Shown: positions 26,751 to 32,000 of the stretch, in pieces | How positions within the stretch are numbered: the stretch's first letter is position 1 | Layout of the letters: each line of letters starts with the position of its first letter | Source of the DNA: Patescibacteria group bacterium | Lineage (GTDB): Bacteria; Patescibacteriota; Minisyncoccia; UBA6257; HR35 | Assembly (NCBI GenBank): GCA_023480925.1 | Contig: JAMCWY010000018.1 | Span: 2,295-34,294, forward strand | Reading direction: 5' to 3' | Length of the DNA: 32,000 bases | The notes under the pieces: model-generated | What the model was told of the DNA's origin: nothing | What the model saw: the letters and a program-made list of their open reading frames with translations, nothing else | Database searches by the model: none | Program-made: the position numbers and the translations under genes

Positions 26751-26794
26751 CGCCGGCCACTAAATGCTCGGTCAAAAATCCGAAAGTCTAATTG

Positions 26795-26868
26795 TGGAGC
26801 GGGATACGGGGGTCGGACCCGTCTCTTCAGCTTGGAAAGCTGACGTTGAACCGCTCAACTAATCCCGC
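26795..26868 (-). tRNA. tRNA-Gly (anticodon TCC), CCA encoded
   Basis: Minus-strand read: GCGGGAT-TA-GTTG-AGCGGTT-CAAC-G-TCAGC-TTTCCAA-GCTGA-AGAG-ACGGG-TCCGACC-CCCGT-ATCCCGC-T-CCA. The U73 discriminator is typical of Gly. The T-loop has C55. Confidence 0.85.
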
Positions 26869-26876
26869 GCGCCTTT

Positions 26877-27836
26877 TTATATTATAAGAGAAAGATTTTC
26901 GATTTTGTAGCCGTTCAGGAATTCTTTCGCCCCCATTCTTTTTTTACCTTCGATTTGAAGTTCTTTGATTAAGATAAAATCAGTCGCGATTTTCAAACCA
27001 AGTTCGTTCCGATGCTGAAAAAATTTCGCCGGTGTAAAATTTTTTAATTCCGGTTTGAGGTCTAAATAATTTATTTTTTCGATTTGATAAATTTTAAGAA
27101 GTTTTTCTTCACCTCGGACTTTAATTTGGATAAACGCGCCCGGCCAGGGATTGAGAGCTCGAATTTTTCTCTGCCACTGGTCGTAATTTTCATCGAGGTT
27201 AAGTCGACCGTCGGTCTTGCTCACTTTTTTCGTCCAAGTCGCTTTTGCCTCGTCTTGGGGTTTAGGTTCGAGTTGTTGTGCCAACCAAAGTTCGATCGTT
27301 TGGTTAAAAAGCTGACCACTTAAGCGGCCAAGCGTTTGAGTCAGTTCGGACAGTGTTTCGGTTTGATCAAGATCGAGACGAGTTTGAGCGACAATCGGGC
27401 CGTGATCAACGAGTTGGTCGAGTTCGATCAGGGTCGCGCCGCTAATTTTTTCGCCGTTTAAAATTGTCTGGCGGATTGGGTCGGCGCCGCGAAAAAGAGG
27501 TAGGAGAGAAGGGTGAAGGTTTAAAAGGCCTCGTTTGAATATCGATTGGTTGGCCAAGACATTGGCCGGAATAATTTTGCCGAATCCGGCGATCAAACCA
27601 AAATCAAAAGTTAAGTTTTTTATTTGTTGCCATAATTTCAACTCAATCACGTTTAATTTTTCTTTAAGACAAAAGGAGTAAGCTTGATTTGGTTTAATCA
27701 GAAGACCGCGGCCCTGAGCTTTGGCCGGCAGGGTTATGACCAAGTTCGGTCTGAACTTTTTAATTAACTCTTTCAGGACGAAGATTGAAAAGTCGCTCGA
27801 ACCGAGAAAACAAAAATTCATCTGATTTTTATTCAT
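26877..27836 (-). CDS. fmt: Methionyl-tRNA formyltransferase
   Basis: LLNLHPSLLPLFRGADPIRQTILNGEKISGATLIELDQLVDHGPIV core. The start overlaps the def stop (ATGAATAA). Confidence 0.9.
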   Translation of the reverse strand: MNKNQMNFCFLGSSDFSIFVLKELIKKFRPNLVITLPAKAQGRGLLIKPNQAYSFCLKEKLNVIELKLWQQIKNLTFDFGLIAGFGKIIPANVLANQSIFKRGLLNLHPSLLPLFRGADPIRQTILNGEKISGATLIELDQLVDHGPIVAQTRLDLDQTETLSELTQTLGRLSGQLFNQTIELWLAQQLEPKPQDEAKATWTKKVSKTDGRLNLDENYDQWQRKIRALNPWPGAFIQIKVRGEEKLLKIYQIEKINYLDLKPELKNFTPAKFFQHRNELGLKIATDFILIKELQIEGKKRMGAKEFLNGYKIENLSLII

Positions 27837-28290
27837 TCGTTTTATTTATTTCGAAAACTTCTTTGGTTTTGTCGATGAAAAGAACGCCTTGAAGATGATC
27901 AAACTCGTGTTGGATAATGTGGGCGAGCAGGCCGGTTGTTTTTAATTTTCTTTGTTTGCCGGCTAGATCTTGATAATTAATTTTTACCTCGGTTGATCTT
28001 TTGACATAGCCCCACTGGCCGGGCAGACTGAGACAACCCTCCTCGGTCAATATTGGTTTTTTGGTCAGTTCAATCTTGGGGTTGACAAAAACATAAAATT
28101 TATCTTTTGGCTTGGCGATAAAAAGAGCAAGGTTAATGCCGACTTGATTAGCGGCCAAGCCTACGCCAACCGCGGCCGTCAATTTTTTTTTCATCTCGGT
28201 GACGATATTTTTAAGTTGGCGGTCGAAGTCTTTGGCCGGATTAAGTTTTTTTCTTAAAATCGAATTATTTTTACCGATAATTAAATCCAT
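27829..28290 (-). CDS. def: Peptide deformylase
   Basis: The three signature motifs are present: GVGLAANQVG, EGCLSLPG, HEFDHLQG. Confidence 0.93.
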   Translation of the reverse strand: MDLIIGKNNSILRKKLNPAKDFDRQLKNIVTEMKKKLTAAVGVGLAANQVGINLALFIAKPKDKFYVFVNPKIELTKKPILTEEGCLSLPGQWGYVKRSTEVKINYQDLAGKQRKLKTTGLLAHIIQHEFDHLQGVLFIDKTKEVFEINKTNE

Positions 28291-28349
28291 TGGTTTATTT
28301 TAACAAAAATTATCGCGATTGCCTTTATTTATGTTAAAATTTAATCAAA

Positions 28350-29132
28350 ATGTCGGCCGATGAGTTTCAAAAAAAAGAAGGTTATTTTATCCAGGGTCTT
28401 TGGTATCCTCGAGTTACCTCGATTTGCCAGATTAAAAACAAACCCGCCCTCTATTATTTTTACGCTCAGGCGGAAAATTACGAGGAGGCGGACTTAAAAA
28501 AAAATCAGGCGGCGGCCGAGGGGACAATGATCCATCATATTTTGGAAAAAATTATTATTGGCGACGGTTTTGTCGTGCCGGAACAATATCTTGGAATCAA
28601 AAAAGCGTTTGACGATTTTATCAAAAATCACGCCTTTCATTCAAGAAAAGAATGGTTGGAGCGGCGGGTTAAACATTCGAATCATCGTTATTCCGGCACT
28701 TTCGATATTTTGGCCGAGGTTGACGGCGAATTGGCGATTGTTGACCTAAAAAGTTCGGCTTCGATCTATCGGGATTATCGCTTGCAAACCGCTGCCTATT
28801 TGAGCGCGGTTAACGAAGAGCCGTGGCTTTTGGACGAAAATGGCAATAAGTACCTGATTCCGAACGAGGTGACCAAACGATATGTTTTAAGGATTAATCA
28901 AAAAAGAATTTGCGAAAAATGCGGCGTGACGATGAAGCTTAGAAGTATGGGCAATAAAATTGAAGCGAATAAAAACAGCAATGGTTGCCAACATGGGTGG
29001 GGCGAGATTTTGGGCGAATGGGAATTAAAAGAATTCGATCAGCCCGAAGTTGATTTTCAGGCTTTCATCAACGCCAAGGGTTTGTGGGAGTGGGAAAATC
29101 AAGAAATTCTTGGCCGAATCGGTTATCTTTAA
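28350..29132 (+). CDS. PD-(D/E)XK nuclease superfamily protein (Cas4/RecB-exonuclease-like), orphan
   Basis: AAEGTMIHHILE (motif I-like), GTFDIL (D119), AIVDLKSS (D132-x-K134), QTAAY (Q146/Y150). Four Cys/His ligand candidates: C26, C188-x2-C191, C213-x-H215. Confidence 0.65.
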   Translation: MSADEFQKKEGYFIQGLWYPRVTSICQIKNKPALYYFYAQAENYEEADLKKNQAAAEGTMIHHILEKIIIGDGFVVPEQYLGIKKAFDDFIKNHAFHSRKEWLERRVKHSNHRYSGTFDILAEVDGELAIVDLKSSASIYRDYRLQTAAYLSAVNEEPWLLDENGNKYLIPNEVTKRYVLRINQKRICEKCGVTMKLRSMGNKIEANKNSNGCQHGWGEILGEWELKEFDQPEVDFQAFINAKGLWEWENQEILGRIGYL

Positions 29133-29152
29133 ATTGTCAATTTAATTTTTGC

Positions 29153-29224
29153 GCTCCCATAGTTCAACGGACAGAACACGGCCCTCCGGAGGCTGAGCTG
29201 GGAGTTCGATTCTTCCTGGGAGCA
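29153..29224 (+). tRNA. tRNA-Arg (anticodon CCG)
   Basis: Manual fold of 72 nt: GCTCCCA-TA-GTTC-AACGGACA-GAAC-A-CGGCC-CTCCGGA-GGCTG-AGCT-GGGAG-TTCGATT-CTTCC-TGGGAGC-A. Confidence 0.85.
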
Positions 29225-29284
29225 ATGAAAATTAAATAAAATAATTTAATCATAAAATTGGCCTTTGCCGACGATTTAACCAAC

Positions 29285-29356
29285 GCCCCCGTAGTTCAAC
29301 GGATAGAATGTGGGTTTGCGGAACCCATGATCAAGGTTCGATTCCTTGCGGGGGTA
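29285..29356 (+). tRNA. tRNA-Arg (anticodon GCG)
   Basis: Manual fold of 72 nt: GCCCCCG-TA-GTTC-AACGGATA-GAAT-G-TGGGT-TTGCGGA-ACCCA-TGAT-CAAGG-TTCGATT-CCTTG-CGGGGGT-A. G1:U72 wobble; G at position 34. Confidence 0.8.
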
Positions 29357-29399
29357 CATTGAAAATTAAACGAATTAGTGAGTGTCGCGTTGTTTTTGG

Positions 29400-29470
29400 G
29401 CGAGAGTAGTTTAATGGTAGAATTGTTCCTTCCCAAGGAATAGGCGGGGGTTCGATTCCCCTCTCTCGCT
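29400..29470 (+). tRNA. tRNA-Gly (anticodon CCC)
   Basis: Manual fold of 71 nt: GCGAGAG-TA-GTTT-AATGGTA-GAAT-T-GTTCC-TTCCCAA-GGAAT-AGGC-GGGGG-TTCGATT-CCCCT-CTCTCGC-T (U73). Confidence 0.85.
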
Positions 29471-29506
29471 CAATAATTTAAACCGCTTATAATCGTGAAT
29501 GAATAA

Positions 29507-31321
29507 ATGACCGCTGATAAAATTCGAAATTTCGCCATTATCGCCCATATCGATCACGGCAAGTCAACTTTGGCTGATCGCTTTCTTGAAATTACCAAGA
29601 CCGTCAGCAAAGAAAAACTGGTTAATCAATTTCTTGATCAGCTTTCGTTGGAGCGAGAGCGGGGGATTACGATTAAAATGCAGCCGGTCAGAATGTCTTA
29701 TTTTTTAAACGAAAATGGCGTTGAGACTGAATACGACTTAAATTTAATCGACACGCCCGGCCACGCTGATTTTTCTTACGAGGTCTCGCGCGCTTTGGCC
29801 GCGGTCGAGGGCGTCATCTTGCTCATTGATGGCACTCAGGGCATCCAGGCTCAAACGATCGCTCATCTTCGGGTTGCTCAAAATCTTGGTTTAAAAATTA
29901 TCGTCGCGATCAACAAGATTGATTTAGTCACGATTGAACTTGAAGCTTTGGTTAGCGACATTAAGAATTTAGTCGGTCTTGATTCGGATGAAGACATTTA
30001 TCTTATCTCGGCTAAGCTCGGAACCGGCGTGGCCGAACTGCTTGAGGCGGTGATCAAGAAAATTCCGCCGCCGCGAGTTCAAGCCGACCCAAAGGCCGAT
30101 AACGCCCAGGCATTAATATTTGATTCCCACTTCGATTCTTACAAGGGTATTATCGCTCACGTTCGAGTTTTTGGCGGCGATTTTGAGGTTAACAAAAACT
30201 ATATTCTCAAATCAAAAAATTTCATTTTCAAATCAATTGAGGTTGGTTATTTCAAACCGGAATTAAAACCATTGGAGCGGATTGACGTCGGTGAAATCGG
30301 CTATCTTGCTACTGGAATCAAGTCCCACGGCTTGGTCAAGATCGGCGATACGATTGTTCAATCGAAAGAAACTTCGGCCTTGCCCGGATACAAAGAACCT
30401 CAGCCGGTCGTTTTCGCGTCAATTTTTCCCTCCGTCGATATTACTTATGACAGCTTTCAAAATAATTTAAACAAATTAAGGTTGACCGATCCGGCAATCG
30501 AGTTGACGCCGATTTCTTCAACGCTCTTCGGCCGCGGTTACCTTCTTGGTTGTTTGGGTTTGCTTCATTTGGAAATTTTTGAAGAAAGATTGAGACGCGA
30601 GTTTGGGACGGAACTGATCTTAACTTTGCCTTCAGTCACTTATCTGGTTAAGCTCAACTCGGGTCAGACGATCGAGGTTAGAAATCCTCAAGAAATGCCC
30701 GGGCCGGAAACAATTATCGAGATCAAAGAACCGTGGGCAAAGGTTTTATTGGTCGCGCCCCTGGCTTATTTGGAAAAAGTTTTGAACTTGATCAAAATTA
30801 AAGATGGTTTGATTAGAAAGAACGAGTCGGCCGGAAGTTTTGTTTTAGTTGAAGCGGAATTAAACGTTGACGAACTGATTAGTGGATTTTACGACGAGTT
30901 GAAATCGGTTTCGGCCGGTTACGCTTCGCTCGAGTGGCAATTTTTGGAATATCGTTTCGCCGATTTGGCCAAAGTCGATATTTTGATCGCTGAAGAAAAA
31001 GAAGCAAGCTTGAGCCGGATTATTAAAAAAAGCCGCGCCGAGATCACGGGCCGAAAAATATTAAAAGAACTCAAAAAACTTTTGCCTCAGGAACAATTTC
31101 CAATTAAGCTTCAGACCGCCATTGGCGGGAAAATTATCGCTCGCGAGACGATTCCGGCCCTGAAGGCGAACGTGACCGGCGCTCTTTACGGCGGCGATCG
31201 GACGCGAAAAGTTAAACTTTGGCAGAAACAAAAAAAAGGCAAGAAAAAACTGGTTCAGCTCGGTCGAGGCCAAGTTAAAGTCTCAAGCAATATTTTGATC
31301 AAGATTATGAAAGTCAGGTAA
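29507..31321 (+). CDS. lepA: Translation elongation factor 4 (LepA)
   Basis: IRNFAIIAHIDHGKSTLADRFLE G1 motif, DTPGHADF, NKIDL, and the LepA-specific C-terminal region (GGDRTRKVKLWQKQKKGKKK). Confidence 0.95.
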   Translation: MTADKIRNFAIIAHIDHGKSTLADRFLEITKTVSKEKLVNQFLDQLSLERERGITIKMQPVRMSYFLNENGVETEYDLNLIDTPGHADFSYEVSRALAAVEGVILLIDGTQGIQAQTIAHLRVAQNLGLKIIVAINKIDLVTIELEALVSDIKNLVGLDSDEDIYLISAKLGTGVAELLEAVIKKIPPPRVQADPKADNAQALIFDSHFDSYKGIIAHVRVFGGDFEVNKNYILKSKNFIFKSIEVGYFKPELKPLERIDVGEIGYLATGIKSHGLVKIGDTIVQSKETSALPGYKEPQPVVFASIFPSVDITYDSFQNNLNKLRLTDPAIELTPISSTLFGRGYLLGCLGLLHLEIFEERLRREFGTELILTLPSVTYLVKLNSGQTIEVRNPQEMPGPETIIEIKEPWAKVLLVAPLAYLEKVLNLIKIKDGLIRKNESAGSFVLVEAELNVDELISGFYDELKSVSAGYASLEWQFLEYRFADLAKVDILIAEEKEASLSRIIKKSRAEITGRKILKELKKLLPQEQFPIKLQTAIGGKIIARETIPALKANVTGALYGGDRTRKVKLWQKQKKGKKKLVQLGRGQVKVSSNILIKIMKVR

Positions 31322-31392
31322 TGGTTTTTGATTTAATTAAATTTATGCTAAAATTATTTTAGACGCGTAGCACACGAAAGGGGGGGATAATA

Positions 31393-31471
31393 GGGGAGAA
31401 ATAAGAAAAAGCAAAAACTTTATAAAGTTAAAATACAAGATCACCACAGTTCTTACTCTCCCCATTTTTTT
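31393..31471 (+). terminator. Long-range hairpin plus T7 run downstream of lepA (atypical terminator or regulatory element)
   Basis: GGGGAGA (31393-31399) and TAAGAA (31402-31407) pair with TTCTTA (31450-31455) and TCTCCCC (31457-31463). The inner palindrome is AACTTTATAAAGTT. T7 lies at 31465-31471. Confidence 0.45.
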
Positions 31472-31475
31472 GGCA

Positions 31476-31697
31476 ATGAAATTTTTTGTCAAGGTTAAAA
31501 CTAATTCAAATAGAATCTTAGTTGAAAAAAAAGACGCCAAGCGTTTGCTTGTTTCAGTTAATAAACCGCCGGCAAAAAATCAAGCCAATCGAGTTTTAAT
31601 CGAGGCTTTGGCGGAATATTTCGATGTCGCTGTTTCGCGAATAAAAATTATTTCCGGTCAGAAGACAAAAAATAAAATTATCGAGATTAACGATTAA
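31476..31697 (+). CDS. DUF167 (YggU/UPF0235) family protein
   Basis: 74 aa: FFVKVKTNSNRILVE...LLVSVNKPPAKNQANRVLIEALAEYFDVAVSRIKIISGQKTKNKIIEI matches the YggU pattern (..P..G.AN..L...LA..L.V....V.I..G..S..K.V.I). Confidence 0.75.
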   Translation: MKFFVKVKTNSNRILVEKKDAKRLLVSVNKPPAKNQANRVLIEALAEYFDVAVSRIKIISGQKTKNKIIEIND

Positions 31698-31712
31698 TTT
31701 TTTGTTTTTTAA

Positions 31713-32000
31713 TTATTTTTTTTCAAAATTTTTATTTTCAAAATCGCGGACCGATTTTAAACGGCGAAGGCGGCGAGGCTGAGGATTAAATTTCGTTGTT
31801 AAAAATGCTTGGACGATTAAGAAGGCTTGATCTAGTTGGACAAAGTCCGCGGCTAAACAAAGAATATTAACATCATCGTCTTCGCGGGCTTTCTTGATCA
31901 AGTCGGCTTGGTCGGCTTGGCTGGCCCGAACACCTTTGACTTTATTGGCGCTGAAACAAACGCCCGCACCCGAGCCGCCTTCGCCGTTTAAAATCGGTCC
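31713..32000 (-). CDS. rpiB: Ribose-5-phosphate isomerase B (RpiB/LacAB family), partial at the window edge and possibly disrupted
   Basis: Minus-strand read GGSGAGVCFSANKVKGVRAS...AREDDDVNILCLAADFV...AFLIVQAFLTTKFNPQPRRLRRLKSVRDFE parallels actinobacterial-type RpiB (GGSGNGEQIAANK...AREHNNA...AFVTT...QRHQRRIDIL). The first 27 nt of the window-proximal part belong to an inverted repeat (see findings). Confidence 0.6.
   Translation of the reverse strand, partial: GPILNGEGGSGAGVCFSANKVKGVRASQADQADLIKKAREDDDVNILCLAADFVQLDQAFLIVQAFLTTKFNPQPRRLRRLKSVRDFENKNFEKK
31748..31774. repeat. Arm 1 of a perfect 27-bp inverted repeat
   Basis: GGACCGATTTTAAACGGCGAAGGCGGC is the exact reverse complement of 31974-32000. 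Confidence 0.95.
31974..32000. repeat. Arm 2 of a perfect 27-bp inverted repeat (reaches the window end)
   Basis: GCCGCCTTCGCCGTTTAAAATCGGTCC. The match stops at its inner boundary (31973 mismatches) but is cut by the window edge on the outer side. Confidence 0.95.

Noticed and set aside
26640-26843. A 67-aa, extremely Arg/Lys-rich ORF on the plus strand.
   Set aside because: Its 3' third runs antisense through the well-folded tRNA-Gly(TCC) gene. The composition looks like a translation artefact of GC/AT-patterned non-coding DNA, and it has no start context.

Overview
This is an AT-rich, gene-dense bacterial chromosome segment made up mostly of housekeeping genes: mutM, a sigma-70 family factor, uvrB, rplS, gyrB, clpP, a DsbA-like protein, rpoB-rpoC, def-fmt and lepA. 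It also carries 7 tRNA genes, which I folded by hand. The proteins are small, Shine-Dalgarno signals are weak or absent, and genes are tightly packed or overlapping. That pattern suggests a reduced-genome uncultured lineage (CPR/Patescibacteria-like), but this is inference only. The standard genetic code applies, since TGA closes well-aligned genes. I saw no rRNA, CRISPR array, transposase or integrase.

Observations worth a second look:
1. An arsR-grx-glk-pgl-pgi operon ends in an in-frame Zwf::Gnd (G6PD::6PGD) fusion.
2. A decayed XRE / HsdR_N / half-HsdS islet abuts the 3' end of tRNA-Ala.
3. About 460 nt of ORF-free DNA, including a block of about 50% GC that looks structured and a 30-nt palindrome, lies between the 3' end of tRNA-Gly(TCC) and a two-gene module of unknown function (a Cys-loop membrane protein plus a His-motif exported protein).
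4. There is a tRNA-Arg with a GCG anticodon, and two tRNAs with C55 in the T-loop.
5. A perfect 27-bp inverted repeat sits inside the partial rpiB gene and runs into the window edge.
6. An orphan Cas4-like PD-(D/E)XK nuclease is present.

None of these could be checked against databases here. All family calls rest on motifs read from the translations.
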